Below, in pieces: positions 16,785 to 26,666 of a stretch of DNA of 64,000 nucleotides (the first letter of the stretch is position 1; each line of letters starts with the position of its first letter). The stretch comes from Candidatus Rokuibacteriota bacterium. GTDB taxonomy: Bacteria; Methylomirabilota; Methylomirabilia; Rokubacteriales; CSP1-6. The position numbers were made by a program, and so were the translations under genes. Location of the stretch: assembly GCA_016200085.1 (NCBI GenBank), contig JACQFL010000048.1, positions 15,350 to 79,349 on the forward strand. Reading direction: 5' to 3'. The notes under the pieces were generated by a model. It worked only from the letters and a program-made list of their open reading frames with translations. It was not told where the DNA came from and did not search any database.

Positions 16785-18797
16785 ATGCCCAACCGCCTCG
16801 CCCAGGAGACCAGCCCCTACCTGCTCCAGCACCAGGACAACCCCGTCGACTGGTACGCGTGGGGGGAGGACGCCTTCGCCAGAGCCCGCGCCGAGGACAA
16901 GCCCGTCCTCCTGTCCGTCGGCTACTCGGCCTGTCACTGGTGCCACGTGATGGAGCACGAGTCGTTCGAGAACCCCGCCATTGCCGAGGTGATGAACCGC
17001 CACTTCGTCAGCGTCAAGGTTGACCGCGAGGAGCGGCCCGACGTGGACCAGATCTACATGCAGGCCGTGCAGTCGATGACGGGCCACGGCGGCTGGCCGA
17101 TGACGGTGTTCCTCACGCCCGAGGGCGTGCCGTTCTACGGCGGCACGTACTATCCCCCCGCGGACCGTCACGGGCTGCCGGGCTTCCCGCGGCTGCTCGA
17201 GGCCATCAGCGAGGCGTGGCGCACGCGGCGGGGCGAGGTCGTGCAGTCCTCGCAGCAGATCGCGGCCGGGCTCAATCGCGCCGAGGGGCTGCGGGCGGCG
17301 AGCACGCTGCTCACCCAGGACGTCCTGTTCTCCGCCTTCCAGGGGCTGGGGGCGCAGTTCGACGACGCCCAGGGCGGCCTCGGCGGCGCGCCCAAGTTCC
17401 CGCAGCCGATGATCTGGGAGTACGTGCTGCGCTTCTGGAAGCGCACGGGCAACGACGAGGCCGCGCGCATGGTCCGCACCACGCTCACGAAGATGGCGCG
17501 GGGCGGGATGTACGATCAGCTCGGCGGCGGCTTCCACCGTTACTCGGTCGACGCCCAGTGGCTCGTGCCCCACTTCGAGAAGATGCTCTACGACAACGGC
17601 CAGCTGGCCTCGCTGTACCTGCACGGGTGGCTGGCCTTCGGCGATGCCGAGTACCGGCGCATCACCGAGGAGACCCTCGACTACGTGCTCCGCGAGATGA
17701 CCGACCCGGCGGGCGGGTTCTACTCCGCGCAGGACGCCGACTCCGAGGGCCACGAGGGCAGGTTCTTCGTCTGGACCGCCGACGAGATCCGCGCGGTCCT
17801 GGGCGGCGGTGACGCGGACTTCGCTCTCCACTACTGGGGCGTGGACCGCGGCTCGAACTTCGAGGGCCGGAGCATCCTCTGGGTGCCAGGCGAGCCGGAT
17901 GTCGAGCGGATTGCGGCGGCGCGCGCCCGGCTCTTCGCCGCGCGCGAGCCGCGGGTGCATCCCGGGCGCGACGACAAGGTCCTGGCGGCGTGGAGCGGCC
18001 TGGCGTGCCGCGCGTTCGCCGAGGCCGGTCGGGCCCTCGGCCGGGCCGACTACGTGGCGGCGGCGGTCCGGAGCGCGGCGTTCCTGACCACGGCGATGCG
18101 TGATGCCGAGGGCCGCTTGCTGCGCACGTGGAAGGCCGGCCGCGGCAAGCTCAAGGGCTATCTCGAGGACTACAGCATGGTGGCGGCCGCCCTCCTCGAG
18201 GTCTACGAGGCGACGTTCGAGCGCCGCTGGCTCGACGCCGCCCGCGGCCTCGCCGACGACCTGCTGCGCCTCTTCTGGGACGACGCGCTCGACGGCTTCT
18301 ATGACACGGGCCACGACCACGAGCGGCTGATCGTGCGGCCGCGCAACCTGTACGACAACGCCGTGCCCTCGGGCACGGCGTTGGCCATCGAGACGCTCCT
18401 GCGCCTGGCCGTGCTCACGGGCGAGGCGCGCTACGAGACGAAGGCGCTGACGGCGCTGCGGCCCCTGGCGGACCTCATGGCCCGGCATCCCACCGCGTTC
18501 GGCCGCTTTCTCTGCGCGCTCGACTTCCACGTCGGCCCGAAGGTCGAGGTCGCGCTGCTCACGCCGCCCGGCGACGGCGCCGCGCCGCTGCTCGCGGAGA
18601 TCTTCGGCCGCTATCTCCCCAACCGAGTCGCGGCGGGTGCCCGCGCCGGCGACACCGCCCAGGCGGTGGGGCTGCCGCTGCTGGAAGGTCGTGAGGTCGT
18701 CGAGGGCAAGGCGACGGCTTTCGTCTGTCGCAACTACGCGTGTGAGCTGCCCGCGACGGATCCCGCGACCCTCGCGCGCCAGCTGGACGCCTCGTGA
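16785..18797 (+). CDS. Thioredoxin-domain protein YyaL (DUF255 plus six-hairpin glycosidase-like fold)
   Basis: [25 protein letters not shown]...[15 protein letters not shown]. Confidence 0.85.
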   Translation: MPNRLAQETSPYLLQHQDNPVDWYAWGEDAFARARAEDKPVLLSVGYSACHWCHVMEHESFENPAIAEVMNRHFVSVKVDREERPDVDQIYMQAVQSMTGHGGWPMTVFLTPEGVPFYGGTYYPPADRHGLPGFPRLLEAISEAWRTRRGEVVQSSQQIAAGLNRAEGLRAASTLLTQDVLFSAFQGLGAQFDDAQGGLGGAPKFPQPMIWEYVLRFWKRTGNDEAARMVRTTLTKMARGGMYDQLGGGFHRYSVDAQWLVPHFEKMLYDNGQLASLYLHGWLAFGDAEYRRITEETLDYVLREMTDPAGGFYSAQDADSEGHEGRFFVWTADEIRAVLGGGDADFALHYWGVDRGSNFEGRSILWVPGEPDVERIAAARARLFAAREPRVHPGRDDKVLAAWSGLACRAFAEAGRALGRADYVAAAVRSAAFLTTAMRDAEGRLLRTWKAGRGKLKGYLEDYSMVAAALLEVYEATFERRWLDAARGLADDLLRLFWDDALDGFYDTGHDHERLIVRPRNLYDNAVPSGTALAIETLLRLAVLTGEARYETKALTALRPLADLMARHPTAFGRFLCALDFHVGPKVEVALLTPPGDGAAPLLAEIFGRYLPNRVAAGARAGDTAQAVGLPLLEGREVVEGKATAFVCRNYACELPATDPATLARQLDAS

Positions 18798-18870
18798 CCC
18801 CGCGCGTGTCACCGATCTATTGGAGGACGTGTTCGGCTCCGTTCACCGCTGAGGTCTTCCGGGAGGCCGC

Positions 18871-19266
18871 ATGCCCCACACGCTGATCCGCGCCCAGGGA
18901 CTCTCCGAGCCCATCAGCCACTACTCCGACGCCGTGCGCGCCGGGACGACCGTGTACGTCTCCGGGCAGGGCGCCTTCGACGCCCAGGGTCGGCTGGTCG
19001 GGCGAGGCGACGTCGTGGGCCAGACGCGCCAAGTCCTCGACAACATGAAGATCGCGCTGGCCGCCGCCGGCGGCAGTCTGGACGACGTGGTGAAGGTGAC
19101 CGTCTACCTCGCCGACGTCGCGGACCGGCCGCAGGTCAACAAGGTGCGCCAGGAGTACTTCGGGGCGAACAAGCCCGCCAGCACGCTGATCGGGATCAAC
19201 GAGTTCGCGCTCGACGGGATGCTGATCGAGATCGAGGCCGTGGCCGTCCTCCAGGGAGGCCGGTGA
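18871..19266 (+). CDS. ridA: RidA/YjgF family reactive-intermediate deaminase
   Basis: 131 aa with the typical RidA C-terminus. Confidence 0.8.
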   Translation: MPHTLIRAQGLSEPISHYSDAVRAGTTVYVSGQGAFDAQGRLVGRGDVVGQTRQVLDNMKIALAAAGGSLDDVVKVTVYLADVADRPQVNKVRQEYFGANKPASTLIGINEFALDGMLIEIEAVAVLQGGR

Positions 19267-20111
19267 GGGCCGCGGTCCGCGGTCGCGCGCGGCTGCTCGC
19301 CCTGCTGGGGCTGCCGGCGGCGCTGCTCGGGCTGCTGTTCGTCTACCCGCTCGCGCACATGGCAGCGCTGTCCGTGCGCACGGTGTTCCCCGGCGCGTTC
19401 CAGTACACCGGGGCTCACTACGCGAAGTTCGTCAGCGATGCGTACTTCCTGCGGGTGACGCAGACCTCCTTCGCGCTGGCGCTGACGGTGACCGTGCTCA
19501 CCGCCGCCGTGGGCTATCCCGTCGCCTACTACTTCGTCCGCTCCCGCTCACGCCACAAGCACTGGATCTTTCTCGGGGTCATCTCGCCGCTGCTCGTGAG
19601 CATCGTGGTGCGCACCATCGGCTGGACGATCGTGCTCGGCAACGAGGGCCTCGTGAACAACGCCCTGCGCATGCTCGGCATCGTGCGAGAGCCGCTCGCG
19701 CTCATGAACAGCTTCTGGTCGGTGACGGTGGGACTCGTCCACGTCCTGCTCCCGTTCATGATCCTTTCCATCGCCAGCGTGCTGGGCAAGATCGACACCG
19801 CGCTGGAGGAGTCGGCGGCCATCCTCGGCGCCGGCCCCCTGCGGACGTTCTGGCGCGTGACCCTGCCCCTGTCGATCCAGGGGGTCGCCGCGGGCTCCAT
19901 CCTCGTCTTCTGCCTCACCATCGGCGCCTACATCACCCCGTGGTGGCTGGGGCGCGGCAAGGTCCTGCTCTTCTCCACCACCATCTACGACCAGATCCTC
20001 GCGATCGTGGACTGGCCCTTCGGCTCGGCCGCCGCCATGATTCTCGTGGCCGCCACGCTGGCGATCATCCTCCTCTACTTCGCGCTGATCGGGCGGGTCG
20101 CGCGACGATGA
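19263..20111 (+). CDS. ABC transporter permease (PotB-like, spermidine/putrescine-type family)
   Basis: Polytopic, with an EAA-like loop. Confidence 0.75.
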   Translation: MRAAVRGRARLLALLGLPAALLGLLFVYPLAHMAALSVRTVFPGAFQYTGAHYAKFVSDAYFLRVTQTSFALALTVTVLTAAVGYPVAYYFVRSRSRHKHWIFLGVISPLLVSIVVRTIGWTIVLGNEGLVNNALRMLGIVREPLALMNSFWSVTVGLVHVLLPFMILSIASVLGKIDTALEESAAILGAGPLRTFWRVTLPLSIQGVAAGSILVFCLTIGAYITPWWLGRGKVLLFSTTIYDQILAIVDWPFGSAAAMILVAATLAIILLYFALIGRVARR

Positions 20112-20112
20112 A

Positions 20113-20889
20113 ATGAAGATCCTCGGCTGGTACGTGGCCGCCGTCCTTGCTTTTCTGGCGCTGCCGGTGCTCGTGGTGATTCCCTCGGCGCTCAGCGCGG
20201 GCTCCACCCTCGGCTTCCCGCCGCAGGGCCTCTCGCTCAAGTGGTTCAGGAACGTGGTGGATCATCCGGAGTTCCTGCGCGCGCTGGCGGTGAGCGTCGA
20301 GGTCGCGGCGGCCTCGACGGTGCTCGCGCTGGGCCTCGGCACCCTGGCGGCGTTCGCGTTCGTCCGGTACCGCTTCGCCGGTCGCGACGTGCTCCAGCTG
20401 GCGTTCGTGGCGCCCCTCGTGTTCCCGGCCATCGTCTACGGCGTGGCCATGCTGATGATGCTCACGCCACTCAAGCTCACGCGCACGATGCTGGGGTTGA
20501 CGCTGGCCCACGTCGTCATCACGCTGCCCTACGTCCTGCGCACGGTGGGCGCCACGCTGCACGGGGTGGACCGCCGCCTGGAGGAGTCGGCGCAGATCCT
20601 GGGCGCGGGCCCCTGGCGCACGTTCTGGCACGTGACGCTGCCCCTCATCCGGCCCGGACTCATCGCGGGGGCGACGTTTTCGCTCATCATCTCTTTCGAC
20701 GAGTTCACGGTCTCGCTGTTCCTCACGGGGCCCGGGCTGATGACCCTGCCCCTGGAGATCTACCACTACACCGAGTTCACCATCGACCCCACGATCGCGG
20801 CCATCTCGACGGTCTTGATCGTGCTGTCCGTTGCGACGATCATGGCCATCGAGCGCTTCCTGGGCTTCGAGCGCCATTTCCAGGTGTAA
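20113..20889 (+). CDS. ABC transporter permease (PotC-like)
   Basis: Polytopic, adjacent to the first permease. Confidence 0.75.
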   Translation: MKILGWYVAAVLAFLALPVLVVIPSALSAGSTLGFPPQGLSLKWFRNVVDHPEFLRALAVSVEVAAASTVLALGLGTLAAFAFVRYRFAGRDVLQLAFVAPLVFPAIVYGVAMLMMLTPLKLTRTMLGLTLAHVVITLPYVLRTVGATLHGVDRRLEESAQILGAGPWRTFWHVTLPLIRPGLIAGATFSLIISFDEFTVSLFLTGPGLMTLPLEIYHYTEFTIDPTIAAISTVLIVLSVATIMAIERFLGFERHFQV

Positions 20890-20895
20890 ACCTCG

Positions 20896-20916
20896 GAGGG
20901 GGGTTTCGCCCCCCTT
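20896..20916 (+). terminator. GC-rich hairpin after the permease gene
   Basis: gaGGGGGGtttcgCCCCCCtt. No clear U-tract. Confidence 0.4.
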
Positions 20917-21018
20917 CCGAAGCCTCTCCCCAGGAGGATTGCGCCGGCAAAGCCGGCGCTCGAACGGAGGTTTATTCCCGCGGCCTGTCGCGGTGAGGGC
21001 GGTGGGCCGCTTCGAGGG

Positions 21019-22170
21019 GTGTCGAAGAGCGAACGGCCCGTTCAGACGGGCAGAGGAGGCGAGATGAGTGACCACGAGAAGGACTACCTGTTGCAGTGCT
21101 TCGCGACGGACGTGCCGCGGCGGCGCGTGCTCAAGGGACTGGTCGCCGCCGGCGCCGGGCTGGCGACCCTCACGCGGTTCGCCGATCACCTGGCCGCTGC
21201 GCCGGCTGACGAGGCCGCCGAGCTGACGATCTTCGCGTGGCCGGGGCTCGTCCCCGACATCCTGAAGGAGCGCTCGGTGGCGCCCTTCAACCGGACGTAT
21301 CCAAAAGTCAATGTGAAGCTCGACATCAGCACCAACGCGACCATGTACCCGAAGATGCTGGCCAGCAAGGCCAACCCCGTCATCAGCGGCGGCATGTTCA
21401 ACGACGTCTTCGTGCAGCGGGGCATGGGCGACGGGCTGTGGGTGAAGCCCAACGACGAGTGGATGCCGCACCGCAAGGAGATCCCCCCGGACATCATGCC
21501 GCCGGGCGGTTACGGCACGATCTTCCAGCAGACACCGTTCGGCCTCATGTACAACCCCGACAAGGTGGAGAAGCCCAGGTCCTGGGCCGATCTCTGGGAC
21601 CCGAAGTACAAGGGGCGGGTGGAGATGTGGGACATCTACTTCGACGCCTACATCGCGGCCGCCGTCATGAGCGGCAAGGGGCCCAGCGTCGAGGAGGGCA
21701 TCAAGCTGTGGGCGCCGCACAGGCAGAACATCGGCGCGTGGACGATGTCGCCGACCAAGGTCGAGGACGACGTCTCACGCGGCGAGATGTGGCTGGCCCC
21801 GCACTGGGGCTCGTGGGCCGAGCAGGCGCGCAGCCAGGGCAAGAAGGTGGCCTTCACCATCCCCAAGGAGGGCGCCGTGCAGTGGGGCGGCCACATGGTG
21901 ACGGTGGCGGGCTTCTCACCCAAGGTGACCGAGTTGACCCAGCGGTACCTCGACACCTGGAACTCGGAGGAATGTCAGCTGGGCTGGGTGACCAAGGGCT
22001 TCTTCGGGCCTGCCAACAGGAAAGTCAAGATCCCGGCGGAGATGCTGAAGCTCGAGGCCATGATGACCGCGGAGGACGCGGCCAAGAAGCTCATCCGCTA
22101 CGACGTCAAGGCGGTGGGTGAGCGCATGACCAAGCTGAAGGCGATGATCGACCAGACCCTGAAGGTGTGA
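21019..22170 (+). CDS. ABC transporter substrate-binding protein (solute-binding family 1) with a Tat-like signal
   Basis: RRRVLKGLVAAGAGLATL. A start at MSDHEKDY (about 21064) is possible. Confidence 0.75.
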   Translation: MSKSERPVQTGRGGEMSDHEKDYLLQCFATDVPRRRVLKGLVAAGAGLATLTRFADHLAAAPADEAAELTIFAWPGLVPDILKERSVAPFNRTYPKVNVKLDISTNATMYPKMLASKANPVISGGMFNDVFVQRGMGDGLWVKPNDEWMPHRKEIPPDIMPPGGYGTIFQQTPFGLMYNPDKVEKPRSWADLWDPKYKGRVEMWDIYFDAYIAAAVMSGKGPSVEEGIKLWAPHRQNIGAWTMSPTKVEDDVSRGEMWLAPHWGSWAEQARSQGKKVAFTIPKEGAVQWGGHMVTVAGFSPKVTELTQRYLDTWNSEECQLGWVTKGFFGPANRKVKIPAEMLKLEAMMTAEDAAKKLIRYDVKAVGERMTKLKAMIDQTLKV

Positions 22171-23252
22171 GCAGCGACGTCCAGCTCGACCGCGTGACGA
22201 AGCGCTTCGGCGACGTCACCGCGGTCAGCGCCGTGTCGCTCGAGGTCCAGCCGGGCGAGGTGCTCGCCCTGCTGGGCCCGAGCGGCTGCGGCAAGACGAC
22301 GACGCTGCGCATGATCGCCGGCTTCGAGACGCCCAACGAGGGCGCCGTCCGCATCCGGGGCCACGTCGTCAACGACGTGGCGACGTATCGCCGTAACCTC
22401 GGCATGGTCTTCCAGCACTACGCGCTGTTCCCTCACATGTCCGTCTTCGACAACGTGGCCTTCGGCCTGCGCATGCGCCGCCTGCCGCGCGACCAGACGC
22501 GCGAGCGCGTGCGGGAAGCGATGGCGCTCGTGCGGCTGGCCGGGCTGGAGACACGCCGGCCGTCCGAGCTGTCGGGTGGCCAGCAGCAGCGTGTGGCGCT
22601 GGCCCGCGCCATCGTCACGCGGCCGGCCGTGCTCCTGCTCGACGAGCCGCTCGGCGCGCTGGACCGCAAGCTCCGGGAGCAGATGCAGATCGAGCTCCGC
22701 GCGCTGCAACGCACGCTCGCCATCACCACCATTTTCGTCACCCACGACCAGGAAGAGGCGCTCACCCTCGCCGACCGCATCGCGGTGATGGAAGCGGGCG
22801 AGATCGTGCAGATCGGCACCCCCACCGAGATCTACGAGCGCCCGCGCTCGCGGTTCGTCTCGGACTTCATCGGCGTGTCGAACTTCCTGCCGGGCAAGGT
22901 GGTCGAGCGCGACGGCGACGCCGTGACGGTGCAGGTGGCGGGTCTGCGCCTGCGCGCCGCGGGCGGCGATGGGGTGCAGCCCGGTGACCCCGTCGAGGTT
23001 GCCGTGCGGCCGGAGAAGGTCCGCCTCGGCACGGCGCCGTCGAGCGATGCGAACTGCGTGGCGGGGCGTGTCGAGAACGTCGTCTACCTGGGCGCGGTCA
23101 CCTACTACTACGTGCGGGTGACGGAGGACGTCAGGCTGGTGGCGATGGAGCAGAACCAGACGCCGCGCCCGGCGCACGCGGTGGGCGAGACGGTCCACGC
23201 GGCATGGGAGGCGGCGAGCGCGCTACCGCTCCGGGTCGCGGCTCAGCGGTAG
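22167..23252 (+). CDS. ABC transporter ATP-binding protein (PotA/MalK-like, with C-terminal TOBE-like domain)
   Basis: Walker A GPSGCGKTT, LSGGQQQRVALARA, Walker B LLLDEP. GTG start overlaps the preceding stop. Confidence 0.85.
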   Translation: MSSDVQLDRVTKRFGDVTAVSAVSLEVQPGEVLALLGPSGCGKTTTLRMIAGFETPNEGAVRIRGHVVNDVATYRRNLGMVFQHYALFPHMSVFDNVAFGLRMRRLPRDQTRERVREAMALVRLAGLETRRPSELSGGQQQRVALARAIVTRPAVLLLDEPLGALDRKLREQMQIELRALQRTLAITTIFVTHDQEEALTLADRIAVMEAGEIVQIGTPTEIYERPRSRFVSDFIGVSNFLPGKVVERDGDAVTVQVAGLRLRAAGGDGVQPGDPVEVAVRPEKVRLGTAPSSDANCVAGRVENVVYLGAVTYYYVRVTEDVRLVAMEQNQTPRPAHAVGETVHAAWEAASALPLRVAAQR

Positions 23253-24454
23253 GCGCAGGGCGGCACGGCCGTCTTGAATGGCGATTGCGGCAGGTGCTGG
23301 CCGTGCGGGAACAGGCGGAGCTGTCGCGCCGGCGGCGCGGGCGCGAGGCGTCTTCCGCGCAGGGCCAGGAAGTGAGCCGCCCGCGCGGTGTCGACGCCGA
23401 GCCGCCGGAGATCGCGGGCGCCTCGCAGCACCACGCGGCGCCGTTGCGCGATCACGGCGGCTGCCGCCTTCGGCCCGAGCCCGGGCACGCGCAGGAGCAG
23501 CTCGTGCGGCGCGTGCAGGACGTCGAGCGGAAAGTGCTCGGGGTGGGCGAGGGCCCACGCCGTCTTCGGATCGTCGTCGAGCGGCAGGTTGCCGTCCTCG
23601 CCGAACACGAGCTCGTCGAAGCCGAAGCCGTACTGGCGTAACAGGTGCTCCGCCTGGTAGAGCCTGAGCTTGCGCACGGCCGGGGTTCCCGGTGCACCTT
23701 CCATCGGCGTGCCGGCCACCGGTTGGAAGGCGCTGAAGTGCGCGTGGTGGAGCATGCGCTCGCGCTCCAGGCGCGCCACCAGCCCGAGCGTCTCGCGGTC
23801 CCGCTCGCCCGCCGCGCCCACCACGAACTGCGTCGTGGTTCCCGCCGTCGGCATCCCATCGCGCCGCCGCTGCTCGCGGCTGTCACGCGCCAGCCGCCCC
23901 GCCAGCATCAGCTTGGGCAGCAGGTCGCCGCCGAAATCCTTCTCGCGCGCGAGCGCCCGCACGTACCCATCTCCCGGCGCCTCGAGATTGGCCGACACCC
24001 GCGTGGCCAGCCGCGAGGCCTCCTCGACCTGCGCCGTCTCCGCCCCCGGCAACACCTTGACGTGGACGTAGCCGCGAAATCCTTCGCGCTGCCGGAGGAT
24101 CTGCAGGCTCGCCAGCATCCGATCCATCATCCGCACCGCCCGCCCCGGAACTCCCGAGGTGAGGAAGAGCCCTTGAGCGAGTCCCTTGCGATGCGCCTCC
24201 ATGAACGTGGTGGCGACCTCCTCCGGCGCCAGCCCCGTCCGCTTCACCTTTCCCCCACAAAACGTCGGACAGTACCCGCACGACAGCGAGCACGCGTTCG
24301 TCTGCATCACCCGCATGATCCGGGTCGTCCCCCGTCCCGGTACCCGCACCGGCCGGATCCCCACCGCCCCCGATTGGGGGTCGACGCGCTCAGGAGCCCC
24401 ATCCTCCCGATCATGCGATTCCGCCAAGATCTCCCACCGAGTCCGCCGATCCAT
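23243..24454 (-). CDS. Putative DNA modification/repair radical SAM protein (the family usually linked to family-4-like UDGs), with C-terminal helix-hairpin-helix
   Basis: CSLSCGYCPTF radical-SAM cluster motif and LLRVPGLGPKAAAAV HhH. Internal Met MDRRTRW of ORF 23243..25111. Confidence 0.65.
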   Translation of the reverse strand: MDRRTRWEILAESHDREDGAPERVDPQSGAVGIRPVRVPGRGTTRIMRVMQTNACSLSCGYCPTFCGGKVKRTGLAPEEVATTFMEAHRKGLAQGLFLTSGVPGRAVRMMDRMLASLQILRQREGFRGYVHVKVLPGAETAQVEEASRLATRVSANLEAPGDGYVRALAREKDFGGDLLPKLMLAGRLARDSREQRRRDGMPTAGTTTQFVVGAAGERDRETLGLVARLERERMLHHAHFSAFQPVAGTPMEGAPGTPAVRKLRLYQAEHLLRQYGFGFDELVFGEDGNLPLDDDPKTAWALAHPEHFPLDVLHAPHELLLRVPGLGPKAAAAVIAQRRRVVLRGARDLRRLGVDTARAAHFLALRGRRLAPAPPARQLRLFPHGQHLPQSPFKTAVPPCAYR

Positions 24455-24642
24455 ATACAGGTGAGGAATGATACTCAACACAAGACGAGTAGTCAAGTAA
24501 CACATCTCGATCCCGCGCCCGCGCGCAGCAACCGGGCGCGCACAGCAAAAGCCCGCTTGGCCGATGCGAGCAAAGCGAAGCGAGCGAGGCGTCAGGTCAA
24601 CGGAGGGAGCCCAGAGACCGGCGGCGGTAGACCGCCCACGAA

Positions 24643-24797
24643 GACGGCGGGGCCGAGCGGGTCGGGGGTGGCTCCCGGGCGCCGTTGGGTACGCTCGAAC
24701 ATCGGCGCGCGCCGAGCGCGTTTCGCGGACGCCCCGCTCGGTGGCCCCAGTGTCAGTCGGCGCCCGGGAGCCACCCCCGACCCGCTCGGCCCCGCCG
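24643..24797. repeat. About 155-bp intergenic element with 38-40 bp G-rich terminal inverted repeats (copy 1 of a 3-copy family)
   Basis: Left arm gacggcggggccgagcgggtcgggggtggctcccgggcgcc; right arm ggcgcccgggagccacccccgacccgctcggccccgccg. Loop begins TTGGGTACGC and ends CAGTGTCAGTC. Confidence 0.6.
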
Positions 24798-24827
24798 GAC
24801 CCCGCGAGGTGTATACTCCGGAGAGTC

Positions 24828-24915
24828 GTCGTGGGGGGAGGAATCCTGAGAACCGGGTGCGGCCCGGGACCCCTCGAACCTGCTCTGGATAATCCCAGCG
24901 AAGGGAACACGCCGA
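24828..24915 (+). promoter_or_regulatory. TPP (THI-box) riboswitch upstream of thiS
   Basis: ggggaggaatcCTGAGAaccgggtgcggcccgggACCCctcGAACCTGctCTGGATAATcCCAGCGaAGGGAA. The CGGCCGCGGAG immediately 5' of the thiS ATG can pair with an upstream GGCCGCG element, which would sequester the Shine-Dalgarno sequence. Confidence 0.85.
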
Positions 24916-24980
24916 CGGATCGCGGCCGCGCCCGAAGTCTCGGGACAGCGGCCGTTGCTGTTTCCGGCCGCGGAGCGGGC

Positions 24981-25181
24981 ATGAAGGTCAGTGTCAACGG
25001 ACGCGCGATGAACCTCGACGACGACCTCAGCGTGGAAGCGCTGCTCCAGCAGCTCGGCGTGAATCGCCGGTTCATGGCCGTGGCCGTGAACCGCGAGATC
25101 ACCCCGCGCACGCGGTACGGGCAGACGGTGCTGCGCGAGGGCGATCGGGTGGAGATCGTGCGTCCGATGGGAGGGGGCTGA
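24981..25181 (+). CDS. thiS: Thiamine biosynthesis sulfur-carrier protein ThiS
   Basis: 66 aa, ends GG, immediately upstream of thiG. Confidence 0.85.
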   Translation: MKVSVNGRAMNLDDDLSVEALLQQLGVNRRFMAVAVNREITPRTRYGQTVLREGDRVEIVRPMGGG

Positions 25182-25182
25182 G

Positions 25183-25965
25183 ATGTACGACACGTCGCTC
25201 GTCATCGGCGGCAAGGAGTTCTCGTCGCGGCTGATCGTGGGCACGGGCAAGTACTCGTCGAACGAGGTCATGCGCCAGGCCCACGAGGCCTCGGGCGCCC
25301 AGGTGGTCACCGTCGCGGTGCGCCGGGTGAGCCTGCCGGGCACCGGCGAGTCCATCCTCGACTTCATCGACACCAACCGCTACACGCTGCTCCCGAACAC
25401 CGCCGGCTGCTACACCGCGGACGAGGCCATCCGCACCGCGTACCTGGCGCGCGAGGCCGGGCTCGGCGAGATGGTCAAGCTCGAGGTCATCGGCGACTCG
25501 CGCACGCTGTTTCCCGACGTGGCCGGGCTGCTCGAGGCGACGAAGACGCTGGCGCGCGAGGGCTTCACGGTCATGCCCTACACCAACGACGACCCCGTGA
25601 TGGCCAAGCGCCTGGAAGACGCGGGGGCGGCGGTGGTCATGCCGCTCGGCGCGCCGATCGGCTCCGGGCTCGGGATCCGCAACCCGTACAACATCAAGAT
25701 CATCCTCGAGACCGTGTCGGTGCCCGTCATCGTCGATGCCGGGGTCGGCACGGCCTCGGACGCCGCCATCGCCATGGAGCTCGGCTGCGACGGCGTGCTC
25801 ATGAACACGGCCATCGCGGGCGCGCGCGACCCGGTGGCCATGGCGACGGCGATGAAGCAGGCCGTGGAAGCCGGACGGCTCGCCTTCAAGGCCGGGCGCA
25901 TGCCCAAGCGCCTCTACGCGAGCGCGTCCTCGCCGCTCGAGGGCGTGCCCGATTGGTCGAGCTGA
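25183..25965 (+). CDS. thiG: Thiazole synthase ThiG
   Basis: [24 protein letters not shown]... a full-length ThiG match. Confidence 0.9.
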   Translation: MYDTSLVIGGKEFSSRLIVGTGKYSSNEVMRQAHEASGAQVVTVAVRRVSLPGTGESILDFIDTNRYTLLPNTAGCYTADEAIRTAYLAREAGLGEMVKLEVIGDSRTLFPDVAGLLEATKTLAREGFTVMPYTNDDPVMAKRLEDAGAAVVMPLGAPIGSGLGIRNPYNIKIILETVSVPVIVDAGVGTASDAAIAMELGCDGVLMNTAIAGARDPVAMATAMKQAVEAGRLAFKAGRMPKRLYASASSPLEGVPDWSS

Positions 25966-26588
25966 GGCTGCTCCTCGTCACCGACCGGGCCCAGACGCGC
26001 GGGCGCGAGCTCGTCGCCGTGGTGCGGGCCTGCCTCGACGCCGGACTGCCCGCCGTCCAGGTGCGCGAGAAGGACCTCGGCGCCGCCGACCTCGCGCGGC
26101 TCTGCCGTGCGCTCCGCGAGCCGACGCGTGAGCGCGGGGCGCTGCTGATCGTCAACGACCGCGCCGACGTGGCCCTCGCGGTCGGCGCCGACGGCGTGCA
26201 GCGCACGTCGTCCTCCTTGCCCGTGGCCGACCTCCGCGCGCTCGCCGACAAGCGCCTGCTCGTGGGCGCCTCGGTGCACTCGCGCGACGAGGCGCTCGCC
26301 GCCGAGGCCGCCGGCGCCGACTGGGTCGTGTTCGGGCCCGTCTACGACACGCCGTCCAAGCGCGCCTACGGGCCGCCGCAGGGCCTCGTCGCTCTCGAGC
26401 GGGTGACGGCCGCCGTGCGCGTGCCGGTGATCGCCATCGGCGGCATCACGCCCGAGCGGGTGGGCGCCGTGCGCGCGACCGGCGCGGCGGGCGTGGCCGC
26501 GATCTCGGCCATCCTCGACGCGGAGGCGCCGGCGGAGGCCACGCGCCGGTTCCTCGACGCCCTGGGGGCCGCCGCGGGACGCTCATGA
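25953..26588 (+). CDS. thiE: Thiamine-phosphate synthase ThiE
   Basis: LLLVTDR...VQVREKD...IAIGGI motifs. Overlaps the thiG end. Confidence 0.85.
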   Translation: MVELRLLLVTDRAQTRGRELVAVVRACLDAGLPAVQVREKDLGAADLARLCRALREPTRERGALLIVNDRADVALAVGADGVQRTSSSLPVADLRALADKRLLVGASVHSRDEALAAEAAGADWVVFGPVYDTPSKRAYGPPQGLVALERVTAAVRVPVIAIGGITPERVGAVRATGAAGVAAISAILDAEAPAEATRRFLDALGAAAGRS

Positions 26589-26666
26589 CCGGGTGATCGT
26601 GACGGGGCAGGTTTCGCCCGACGTGGAGGACGTCCTGCCCGCCCGATTCGTGAAAGGCTGAAGACC

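Noticed and set aside
15657-18812. 1051-aa minus-strand ORF, and similar giants such as 58040..62281 (1413 aa), 38504..40462 (652 aa), 20065..21720, 10722..12314 and 34604..36250
   Set aside because: They are antisense to well-supported genes (ygfZ/yyaL, the SDR/YihY/OsmC block, GT39, potC/SBP, liv SBP, hlyD). The sequences are Arg/Pro/Gly-rich and low-complexity, with no domain signatures. This is the classic high-GC open-frame artefact.
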